Assembly: GCA_002010305.1 (NCBI GenBank)
Contig: MTND01000009.1
Coordinates: 18,805-82,804, forward strand
Length of the DNA stretch: 64,000 nt
Direction: 5' to 3'
Source: Archaeoglobi archaeon JdFR-42
GTDB lineage: Archaea; Halobacteriota; Archaeoglobi; Archaeoglobales; JdFR-42
The translations under genes and the position numbers were made by a program. The notes beneath the pieces are model-generated. The model saw only the letters and a program-made list of their open reading frames with translations, did not search any database and was not told where the DNA came from. How positions within the stretch are numbered: the first letter of the stretch is position 1; every line of letters starts with the position of its first letter. This document shows positions 44,768 through 53,174 of this stretch, piece after piece.

Positions 44768-45763
44768 TCATGTCTTCCTTCTTCTTTTCTCATATACTGA
44801 ATTCAAAATTCCCATTATACCTTTGGGAGTTGCAATTATAACAACTATTATAAGAATACCTATGAATATCAGATAATTACGGAAAGTCGTACTCACATAG
44901 TTGATGAACAACACCATGATGGCTGTACCAATGATAGGGCCAGCAATGGTTCCGGACCCCCCAATCAGAGTCCATATAACCGGTTCACCTGAAACGGCTA
45001 TGGTAAAGAGGTTGGCACTAGTGTAGTGAGAGATCAGATTGGCATTTAATGCTCCACTCAGACCAGCAAATCCCCCAGCAACTATGAAAGAAGTTAGTTT
45101 AATCCTCTTGACATTATAACCGATAACGGATGCTCTTAGTTCGTTTTCCCGTATAGACTGAAGAACTTTTCCATATGGAGATTCAACTATCCTCTTGTAT
45201 ATAAGAAAGGCAATTACAAAAAAGATTAGGGCAAAATAATAATCGTTGGTGAGATTGTGGAAAGAGATTGTTGTACCAAAAAACTTCCAGGCTGGCACTC
45301 TGAAGGTTAAACCATCATCTCCTCCAGCAATCCATTTCCAGTTTAATGCAGCGAGATACATCACAACTGAGAATATTATAGTGATAATAGCAAAATAGAG
45401 ACCTGTCACTCTTATAGCAAAAAAACCGATCAACCATGCCGCACCGAGGCACACTATTACAGCAAAAAGGATAGAGGTGAGAAAACCCCCTGAGAGGTGC
45501 TGAATGGTGAGAGCTACCGTGCTGGCACCCAGACCGTAGAATATAGACTGGCCAAAGCTCAGTTCACCGGTATAACCGAATAGAACATTGAATCCCATGG
45601 CAAAAATACTGAATACCAGAATTTGAGTTACCAGCACTTTATAGAAATAACCCAGAAAGGGCTGAAGAATGGCTATAACTATCACCACCACTGTAAATAT
45701 AAAGTAATAAAGGATCTCTTTATTGAGAGCAAATAACTTTCTCTCCATTGGATTTGATCCCAT
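44768..45763 (-). CDS. livM: branched-chain amino acid ABC transporter permease (LivM type)
   Basis: Polytopic membrane protein with a LivM-like pattern. GGAGGT lies upstream of the ATG. Confidence 0.8.
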   Translation of the reverse strand: MGSNPMERKLFALNKEILYYFIFTVVVIVIAILQPFLGYFYKVLVTQILVFSIFAMGFNVLFGYTGELSFGQSIFYGLGASTVALTIQHLSGGFLTSILFAVIVCLGAAWLIGFFAIRVTGLYFAIITIIFSVVMYLAALNWKWIAGGDDGLTFRVPAWKFFGTTISFHNLTNDYYFALIFFVIAFLIYKRIVESPYGKVLQSIRENELRASVIGYNVKRIKLTSFIVAGGFAGLSGALNANLISHYTSANLFTIAVSGEPVIWTLIGGSGTIAGPIIGTAIMVLFINYVSTTFRNYLIFIGILIIVVIIATPKGIMGILNSVYEKRRRKT

Positions 45764-45776
45764 TCTGCATTACCTC

Positions 45777-46634
45777 CTAACGCTTGAACAACCCCTTTGG
45801 ACGCACAAGCAACACAACAGCTAAAACCAGCAGCGATATCATTCTGGCCTCTGTAGGATTGAGTAGCACACTGCCTATTCCTTCAAGCTCTCCGATGATT
45901 ATGGCTCCAATCAGGGTTCCCTTCAGACTACCTATACCCCCGACAATGACAACGATAAAAGCCAGGACTGTCATTTCCAAGCCCATACTATACTCGATGG
46001 CAAGAATCGGAGAAGCCAGAACTCCTCCAATAGCTCCCAGAGCAGCTCCCAGTCCAAAAGTCCACATAAAGACACGGTTTACTGGAATACCCATAGCCAT
46101 GGCCATATCTCTATCCTGAGTTGATGCACGGATCCACAAACCAAATTTCGTACGATAGAGCATAAAATACAGACCTATCAGAATTATGACAGCGATAATT
46201 CCCACTACAATTCTGTATATGGGATAATCAAAGGATAGTGCATGGAATGACTCAGTAATGGGTGGCTCAATTCGTCTTGGAGCACCTCCAAATACAATGA
46301 GCGCCACATGCTGAAACACAAAAATTAAACCGAAAGTTGCAATTAGAATTCGTATAGGATCGTCCTCAATGGGTCTTAAAATCCCTCTCTCAATGGCAAC
46401 GCCCAGAAAAAACACCACTACTATAGCAACTCCAAGACCGGGCCAGAAAAATCCGAGTTTATCTATGGCAAAAAAGCCAATAACAGCCCCAATCATATAT
46501 AGTTCTCCATGTGCCACGTTAGGGACATCCATTGTAAGAATGAGAGATAAACCTAGAGTGATCAGGGCAAGTATTAAACCCCATACAATTCCATTAATAC
46601 CTCCCAATATCAGCTGATCTATCATATTCTGCAC
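45777..46634 (-). CDS. livH: branched-chain amino acid ABC transporter permease (LivH type)
   Basis: 285-aa polytopic protein with a LivH-like pattern (NVAHGELYMIGA). Confidence 0.8.
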   Translation of the reverse strand: MQNMIDQLILGGINGIVWGLILALITLGLSLILTMDVPNVAHGELYMIGAVIGFFAIDKLGFFWPGLGVAIVVVFFLGVAIERGILRPIEDDPIRILIATFGLIFVFQHVALIVFGGAPRRIEPPITESFHALSFDYPIYRIVVGIIAVIILIGLYFMLYRTKFGLWIRASTQDRDMAMAMGIPVNRVFMWTFGLGAALGAIGGVLASPILAIEYSMGLEMTVLAFIVVIVGGIGSLKGTLIGAIIIGELEGIGSVLLNPTEARMISLLVLAVVLLVRPKGLFKR

Positions 46635-46658
46635 CTGAAAAATTAAAAAATAAAAAAG

Positions 46659-47966
46659 TTACATTTTTGTGTAATCTATCTCAGCCGGATACATAGAGTC
46701 TTCCATTGGAATTTCCCATTTCACTTTTAGTTTGCCGTTTTCAACCCTAGACATCCATGTCCTGACGAAGGCTTGATGATCCTGAGCCCTCATATAGAAG
46801 GGTCCCTGGGGATAGGATTTACTTTCCTCACCCCTCATATCCTCAATGGTCTGGATCAACTCCATATTGTCATCCTTGCTTTCCCATCCACTCTTTTCAA
46901 TAGCTTCTTTGAGAAGGAATACAGTCTCAAAATGAGCCCAATAATGAGAACCCACTACAACATTTTTGGGATCATTCACATCTCTTCCTTCAGGATCGAC
47001 TCCACATGCTTCTCTGAAAGCTCTGTGGTATGGCGTATCGAGGCCTTCAAGTCTTCTTGGTAAATATTCTAACATCCATTGGCCTTCTATAATGTCCTTA
47101 ATACCCTCAGTATCTATCCCGTCATTGGCACATATCACACTGAATAGCTCTGCTTCTTTACCCAGCTCTCTGTAAGTGTTCAGGAATCCAATGGTAGTTG
47201 ATCCCAAGGTTGCATAGTACACTGCATCTGATTCATCTGCTATTTTGCTTACATAGGGAACCAGATCCTTAGAACCAAGGGGTATTGGCACGTCTGCTAC
47301 CACTTTTCCCCCATACTCCTCAACTTTCTTTGAGAACCAGTCTCTGTGAGATTGACCCCATGCGTAGTCCAGATATACAATACTCCACTTCTTTCCGATG
47401 TTTTCCAGAACCCAGTCTCCAGCGGCCTCAACCTGAAGTCTTACTTCTGTAATCAATCTGAACATATACCTGTTCCCTTTACTGGCTGTTATAGCATGCG
47501 ACATTCCGGTCGGAAAATACAGAGTGTTGAACTGTTCTGCAAGAGGAGCACTGGCGATACACACTCCAGAATGAACGGATCCGAGAACAAAATCAGCATT
47601 CTGCTCCAGAATTAGCTTTTTCATTTTTTCTGCTCCGACATCTGCTTTAGTCTGAGTGTCTTCAGGCCCCACATACTCAACTGGTCTGTCTGCAATACCT
47701 CCCATCTGATTTACAATGTCTATGGCTGCTTTCGTTGCCCGGTCATACCACAGGCCATAAGTAGCAAGCAGTCCGGTCATTTCATACTGACCGCCTATTC
47801 GTATTGGTTTTCCTTCAGGTTTGGGTGTCTCCTCGGGCTTCTTTTCCGGTGTTGGAGTTGGTTTCTCTTCAGCACATCCAAGGAACGAGGATCCGAGTAG
47901 AAGAGTGCTCCCTACTGCCACCCCCTTGAGGAAATCCCTCCGAGTTACTCCATAGTATTTCCTCAT
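46659..47966 (-). CDS. ABC transporter substrate-binding lipoprotein (LivK/amide-binding family) with a Tat-type signal
   Basis: MRKYYGVTRRDFLKG twin-arginine motif, the LGC lipobox-like cysteine, a P/T/E/K-rich linker, then a type I periplasmic-binding fold. The ATG at 47966 is preceded by GGTGA. Confidence 0.8.
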   Translation of the reverse strand: MRKYYGVTRRDFLKGVAVGSTLLLGSSFLGCAEEKPTPTPEKKPEETPKPEGKPIRIGGQYEMTGLLATYGLWYDRATKAAIDIVNQMGGIADRPVEYVGPEDTQTKADVGAEKMKKLILEQNADFVLGSVHSGVCIASAPLAEQFNTLYFPTGMSHAITASKGNRYMFRLITEVRLQVEAAGDWVLENIGKKWSIVYLDYAWGQSHRDWFSKKVEEYGGKVVADVPIPLGSKDLVPYVSKIADESDAVYYATLGSTTIGFLNTYRELGKEAELFSVICANDGIDTEGIKDIIEGQWMLEYLPRRLEGLDTPYHRAFREACGVDPEGRDVNDPKNVVVGSHYWAHFETVFLLKEAIEKSGWESKDDNMELIQTIEDMRGEESKSYPQGPFYMRAQDHQAFVRTWMSRVENGKLKVKWEIPMEDSMYPAEIDYTKM

Positions 47967-48022
47967 CCAATTCACCACAATTCAACATGATTAAATTAAT
48001 ATATATCTTTATCGATACCTGA

Positions 48023-48964
48023 TTATCGATGACCCCCGGTGAGTAACTGTCCATCTTCTACCAAAGGAGATCCGTCCACCTTTAATGTAGAATTTAAGAT
48101 CATGGCGTCAATATGGATCGCGCTCCTGATCTTTCCCCCAATGGTGTGATTATCCCCAAATGCAATATGAATACTCCCCATAACCTTCTTGGCCATCGCA
48201 AGATTTTCTTCGAGGCTCGCCCATCTACTCGTTCCCACAGCTATTTCACATACCACACTGGAATTTATATCTCGCTGAAAGATGTTCTCCAATCTCCTAT
48301 CTCCATCCACCGAGACTACCTTTCCTTCTCTAATTTCCAAGATCGTTGGTTCTTTAAGCCATCCAATATTATCGACTGGGCCATTAATCAGTAGAACACC
48401 ATTGGTTTTAACTTCATCAGGGGTGATTGCACATTCTCCATCAGGAAGAGCACAAAAAGTGCCTTTCTCAAGAGCCATCCCGTAAAGAGGAATGGATTTT
48501 CTGCCCTGGAGACTGAATTCCAGCGTACCGGCAGAGGTCTCAATTATTCCTTCTTTTCCTTTATTAAAAATATCTGCTACCTGCTCAGTGACCCATTTCA
48601 GTTCTTGGTAATCTACTTCCCCTGCTTTTTTTAAAAGATCCTCTGAAACTCCCCTCAAAATGAGAGTTCTTGCTCCTTTTCTGCTGGCTTTGATTCTAGC
48701 CTGGGTATGGGTTATGGAAGCGGATGTTGCTCCCACTATGACATCTGACGCCATCATCAAAGATTCTGTAAGACTATTGAGTTCTTCATTGTGATATCTT
48801 CTCAAGGGAGTCAGAGCGAGTAGTGTCTCATTATTCATCTTGGAAGCCGCCTCAAAAAAATATTTTGCTATAGACAGCTTATCTTCATCCGTTACTACAC
48901 AGATTTTCTCGTCTTTCTTAACTCCAAGATTCTCTTTTAATATTTTTTGAGCCAGATCTATCAT
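48023..48964 (-). CDS. M29 (AmpS / aminopeptidase T / NicX-like) family protein
   Basis: 313 aa with the overall pattern of short archaeal M29 homologues (ICVVTD..., HIAFGDN). 4-nt overlap with nrpR. Confidence 0.55.
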   Translation of the reverse strand: MIDLAQKILKENLGVKKDEKICVVTDEDKLSIAKYFFEAASKMNNETLLALTPLRRYHNEELNSLTESLMMASDVIVGATSASITHTQARIKASRKGARTLILRGVSEDLLKKAGEVDYQELKWVTEQVADIFNKGKEGIIETSAGTLEFSLQGRKSIPLYGMALEKGTFCALPDGECAITPDEVKTNGVLLINGPVDNIGWLKEPTILEIREGKVVSVDGDRRLENIFQRDINSSVVCEIAVGTSRWASLEENLAMAKKVMGSIHIAFGDNHTIGGKIRSAIHIDAMILNSTLKVDGSPLVEDGQLLTGGHR

Positions 48965-49920
48965 GGCATCTCCAGAGAATTGTAGTCCAGTACATCAACC
49001 ATAATCTCTACTTCCACCTCTATTCCTCTTTCCTGTGCAACTGCCAGAGGAGTAGATGACGTTGCAAGAGCCACACCCGCCCTGTCCACACTCACCGGGA
49101 TGCCAAGAACTTCCTGATTTGGCTTGCCTATACTGAGAACACCATCAATATAGTACTCCTCAAGCTTTTTCTTAATTTTGATCAGTTCGTTATAGGCTAT
49201 TCCTGGTACTTCCCTGAAAGTGGCTGGACACTCACCATCACCCTTATCCAGCACACTTAAAACAGAATAAGGTCTAGCTGAAAAAAGCTCTAGAGAACTT
49301 ATAGATGCAGATTCATATCCCACCATATCGATAAATCTCACAGGAACGAAGTCTTTGAATTCCACAACTCCTCCATATCTCAGATTGACGTTCATCCCAT
49401 GTCTGAGCAGTATACCATCAATTGCAATACCACTGATGTAGTACAACCCAACTTCATTATGGTTCAACAAAGCATTGGTTTCTGTGGTCTTAACCAAGGG
49501 GGAGGTGGCAAGTCCAAGTCGGTAGCATTCCTTGAATATATCGAGAATCTGATCCAGATACTTTCTTTCAAATTTACACAGATTCACAAGGATCTCACCG
49601 GTTCCACTTTCAATATCAAAATTAGAACGGTACATCTGCTCTTCTTTTTTAGCCAGAAAGGAGCCCACACGATACGGAACATTTGCCCTCTTCAATTCAG
49701 ACAGACCTTTCGAAGTAATTTTCCTTCCAAAGTTCCCAACTTTCGTTATATATCCCCTTTCTTCAAGAATCCTAAGGTGATATCGTATCGCTGCTTCACT
49801 TAGCTCGAGACCTATTTCCTTCAACTTATCTGAAAGTTTTCTGGAGCCAATGGGCCCTGTCTCTTCTTTTACTATACTCAGTATAGTGTGCCGTACTTTA
49901 TCATCTGATAACAGCATCAC
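48961..49920 (-). CDS. nrpR: nitrogen regulatory repressor NrpR-like (wHTH + one NrpR domain)
   Basis: N-terminal GSRKLSDKLKEIGLELSEAAIRYHLRILEERGYITKVG wHTH, followed by a ~230-aa NrpR-type domain. Confidence 0.75.
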   Translation of the reverse strand: MMLLSDDKVRHTILSIVKEETGPIGSRKLSDKLKEIGLELSEAAIRYHLRILEERGYITKVGNFGRKITSKGLSELKRANVPYRVGSFLAKKEEQMYRSNFDIESGTGEILVNLCKFERKYLDQILDIFKECYRLGLATSPLVKTTETNALLNHNEVGLYYISGIAIDGILLRHGMNVNLRYGGVVEFKDFVPVRFIDMVGYESASISSLELFSARPYSVLSVLDKGDGECPATFREVPGIAYNELIKIKKKLEEYYIDGVLSIGKPNQEVLGIPVSVDRAGVALATSSTPLAVAQERGIEVEVEIMVDVLDYNSLEMP

Positions 49921-49960
49921 CGAATTTGAGGTGTTATTTTTATTAAAATTTTACCCCAAA

Positions 49961-50004
49961 ACCGATTATCATATTCTCTCTATAAATTATGTCACGAAAT
50001 CGGT
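49961..50004. promoter_or_regulatory. inverted repeat ACCGATT-N30-AATCGGT bracketing a TATAAATT element
   Basis: Read directly. It lies 41-84 nt upstream of the nrpR start in the nrpR / amidohydrolase divergent region. Confidence 0.35.
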
Positions 50005-50020
50005 AAACCTTCATCCTCTT

Positions 50021-50034
50021 TGAAAAATGTTTCC
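50021..50034. promoter_or_regulatory. NrpR-operator-like site TGAA-N6-TTCC (7/8 match to GGAA-N6-TTCC)
   Basis: Read directly, embedded in the 21-nt imperfect palindrome CTTTGAAAAATGTTTCCAAAG. A second 7/8 site, GGAA-N6-ATCC, lies at 50085..50098. Confidence 0.3.
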
Positions 50035-50217
50035 AAAGATGTTATTTCAAGAACCACGATTCTGGAGTGAGAAAGAGAATGGGGGGAAGGTGATATCCCT
50101 AAAAAATGTCTGAAATTAAGATATTTTAAAATAAACGCCTTCAGCTCGTGATTTTGTGTTTTATCAAAATCTATAAATATTTTCATAGTTCATCAGTAAT
50201 CATATATCGGTGATAAC

Positions 50218-51381
50218 ATGCGGTTAAAGATCTCTCAAATAGGGACTATTCTTTCAGGAGATATCTCGAATCCAATTTTAAAAGGAGACTGCATCGTTGT
50301 AGAAAACAATACTATTACCTTTGTGGGTTATGAGGAGGACTATGATGGGAAAGTTGACAAGGAAATAGATGCCAGAGGTATGACTGTCACTCCAGGATTG
50401 ATTGACTCCCATGTTCATCCTGTTCTCGGCGACTTCACTCCTCGGCAACGAACCCTTGATTTCATAGACAGTTCTCTTCATGGAGGAGTTACTACCATGA
50501 TTTCTGCTGGTGAAGCCCATACACCTGGTAGACCCAGAGATATAGCTGGCATCAAAGCTCTCGCTATTCTGGCTAAAAAATCCTTTGAAAATTTCAGACC
50601 AAGCGGAGTAAAAGTACACGCGGGAGCACTTATCTTAGAGAAAGGACTGGTTGAAAAAGATTTTGAGGAAGTTACAGCCCAGGGAGTATGGCTTGTTGGA
50701 GAAATAGGATTGGGTAGCATTTTTACACCCGAAGATGCTAAACCCATGGTTGAGATGGCCCAGAAATACGGGATGAAGGTAACCATGCATACGGGAGGGA
50801 CTTCCATCCCGGGAAGCAGTACTGTTACAGCCGATGATGTGATGGCCATCGAGCCAGATGTAGTATCCCATATAAACGGAGGGCCGACCGCTATCGCTAT
50901 AAATGAATGTCTGAAGCTCGTGGATGAGACCGATTTTCCCCTCGAACTTGTCCATTGTGGGAATCCAAAAGTGCTTATTGAAGTTATCAATGCTGTGGAG
51001 GATAGAGGGGATTTACACCGCATAATTGTTGGAAATGACGCTCCTTCAGGTACAGGTGTCATTCCTCTTGGGATTCTCAGAACTTTGTGTTTGATATCTT
51101 CAATTGGGGGTATATCAGGAGATCTAGCTGTTGCAATGGCCACAGGAAACACTAGATCAGTGTTCGGCCTTAACACGGGCATTATCGAAATAGGGAAAGA
51201 GGCGGATCTTGTGATTATGGATGCGCCAATGGGGAGTGTAGGAAACACTGCTGTAGAAGCAATAGAGGCTGGAGATGTACCGGGTATTGCTCTTGTCATG
51301 ATAGATGGGGAGATTAGGGTGGTAAAGAGCAGGAACACACCCCCGCCCGAGAGGATGGTTAAAATTAAGGAGGTGGAATAG
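50218..51381 (+). CDS. amidohydrolase superfamily protein, enamidase-like
   Basis: GLIDSHVHP metal motif, MHTGGTSIPGSS, VSHINGGP and GNDAPSGTG. GGTGAT SD lies upstream. Confidence 0.6.
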   Translation: MRLKISQIGTILSGDISNPILKGDCIVVENNTITFVGYEEDYDGKVDKEIDARGMTVTPGLIDSHVHPVLGDFTPRQRTLDFIDSSLHGGVTTMISAGEAHTPGRPRDIAGIKALAILAKKSFENFRPSGVKVHAGALILEKGLVEKDFEEVTAQGVWLVGEIGLGSIFTPEDAKPMVEMAQKYGMKVTMHTGGTSIPGSSTVTADDVMAIEPDVVSHINGGPTAIAINECLKLVDETDFPLELVHCGNPKVLIEVINAVEDRGDLHRIIVGNDAPSGTGVIPLGILRTLCLISSIGGISGDLAVAMATGNTRSVFGLNTGIIEIGKEADLVIMDAPMGSVGNTAVEAIEAGDVPGIALVMIDGEIRVVKSRNTPPPERMVKIKEVE

Positions 51382-52263
51382 ATGAAGATAACTCATGGAT
51401 TGATGGGGTCTCTTGTGACTCCTTTTACCAACGGAGAAGTAGATGAGAACAGTTTGAGAAGGCTCATCAATTTTCTCCTTGAGCAGAATGTGGATAGTGT
51501 TTCCACAACTTTGCCAACAGGGGAATTTACAAGCCTGAATTTTGACGAGATGAAAAAGGTAATAGAGATCACCGTTGACGAGGTTAATGGCAGAGTCCCT
51601 GTATGTGCTGGAACAGGCTGGAGTGCAACCAGAGAGACCATAGAATTGAGTAAATTTGCTGAAGATGTCGGAGCTGATGGAGTGATGCCTGTAGTTCCTT
51701 TTTTCGTGAGACCCATGGATAAGGGCATTTTAGCTCACTTCAATGAACTAGCAGAAAAAATCAACATACCCATAATTGTGTACAATGGCCCGGGTAGAAC
51801 AGGGGTTAATCTCAAACCAGAGGTTGTAAAAGAATTGAGCTCTCTTGAGAATATAGTGGGGGTTAAAGAAACAGATAGAGAAATGAGTCAGGTGTACAAA
51901 GTGATACAGATGACGGAAGGGAAAGTGGATGTAATGCAGGGATGGGAAGATCTCCTCCTTCCTTCCCTCGCTCTGGGAGCTACAGGAGTGGTATCAGTAG
52001 CCGCAAGTGTGATAGGAAAGGATATTGCCGAAATGATTAAAGCTTTCAATAAGGGAGACTTAAATAAAGCCAGGGAAATTCATTACAGCATACTTCCCAT
52101 CCTTGACGCTCTTTTCTGTGAATCCAACCCTGTTCCTCTGAAAGAAGCTCTTTTTATGATGGGTGCCATAGAATCTCCGGAAGTTCGTAAACCCCTTATG
52201 CCCATGTTGGAGACCAATAGAGAGGGGCTCAAAAACATCTTGTCAGAAAGGGGATACATTTAG
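51382..52263 (+). CDS. DapA/NAL-family class I (Schiff-base) aldolase
   Basis: LPTGEFTSL (GxTGE-type), VYNGPGRTG (Tyr motif) and VGVKETD (Schiff-base Lys context). The start abuts the upstream stop. Confidence 0.7.
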   Translation: MKITHGLMGSLVTPFTNGEVDENSLRRLINFLLEQNVDSVSTTLPTGEFTSLNFDEMKKVIEITVDEVNGRVPVCAGTGWSATRETIELSKFAEDVGADGVMPVVPFFVRPMDKGILAHFNELAEKINIPIIVYNGPGRTGVNLKPEVVKELSSLENIVGVKETDREMSQVYKVIQMTEGKVDVMQGWEDLLLPSLALGATGVVSVAASVIGKDIAEMIKAFNKGDLNKAREIHYSILPILDALFCESNPVPLKEALFMMGAIESPEVRKPLMPMLETNREGLKNILSERGYI

Positions 52264-53174
52264 CAAAATTCAATTTTTTCATACTCTTTTTTTAGTGTAA
52301 TTCCTTTTAAATCTTCGGGGTACATGGCAACATAGTTTCCCACTTTGATTATACAGGCTTTTACACCCATCTGTTTAGCTCTTTCAAAACCATTTTTTAA
52401 GGCCTCTTTCTGCTCTTCCTTGGTTAACTTTCCTACTCTCACCACTATTTCTTCTCTTGGAATGTCCGTCAATGGTTGTAATACTCCTGCTTTTACCTTC
52501 TTAATAGCCGGTGAATCCACAGAGACTGAATTACCGATTACTGTCGCAAAAGCATCTGCCATAGAAGCAGAGTTTTCAATGCAAGTTACTGCATCAGCTA
52601 TTCCTTTAGTAAAACTTCTCCCCCCAAACCCACTGGTACAAATCCCTCCAGCTACTTTCTCATCACTTATGGGCGGTTCTATTTCCAAATAACCAAAATG
52701 TGTTCCTGAGGCATCAATTAGCCCAACTATCAGTTTACTCGCCTTAAAAGCTATGTCACCATAGTTATTGACCACGATTTTATCCAGTCCGTTCTCCCCC
52801 AGTTCTTCCAGCTCTTTGACCATGAGTTCAGCAATACTTCCTGCCACGGCAGCCATTGGAGTGATTGGTTCACCACTCTTTCTCCAGACTGTTTGAGCTG
52901 CTCTGAACATCATTGCTACCACATCTGGTACATCTCTCCGCAATTCTTCCGGTTCTCTTTCTTCAACCCATCTGAAAAGGAGATCTTTGTGAGATGAGAC
53001 TTCCGATAATAGCTTTACCGCTTTCAATACGCATTTATCCATCACTTCTTCCGTGAAAATACTTCTATTTTCTTTTTCTGCCGTAATAACCAGACCCATA
53101 GGACCCAAGTAAATGTGCAATCTTCCACGGGCATCTATAAAAGTATTCAGATCATTATAATCTCTCAATTTCAT
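52260..53174 (-). CDS. UPF0280 / ApbE-like family protein
   Basis: ICTSGFGGRSFTKGIADAV and ADAFATVIGN resemble the ApbE motifs (ATSG.Y, AKG.A.D, ADA.sTA). 304 aa. Confidence 0.55.
   Translation of the reverse strand: MKLRDYNDLNTFIDARGRLHIYLGPMGLVITAEKENRSIFTEEVMDKCVLKAVKLLSEVSSHKDLLFRWVEEREPEELRRDVPDVVAMMFRAAQTVWRKSGEPITPMAAVAGSIAELMVKELEELGENGLDKIVVNNYGDIAFKASKLIVGLIDASGTHFGYLEIEPPISDEKVAGGICTSGFGGRSFTKGIADAVTCIENSASMADAFATVIGNSVSVDSPAIKKVKAGVLQPLTDIPREEIVVRVGKLTKEEQKEALKNGFERAKQMGVKACIIKVGNYVAMYPEDLKGITLKKEYEKIEFC

Noticed and set aside
49992-50186. 64-aa ORF in the nrpR / amidohydrolase intergenic region
   Set aside because: It has no SD and no recognisable features. It spans the predicted promoter and operator elements and is probably spurious.
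50478-51338. 286-aa ORF antisense to the enamidase-like gene
   Set aside because: This is a shadow ORF with P/S/T-rich low complexity and no motifs. The sense frame has clear amidohydrolase motifs.
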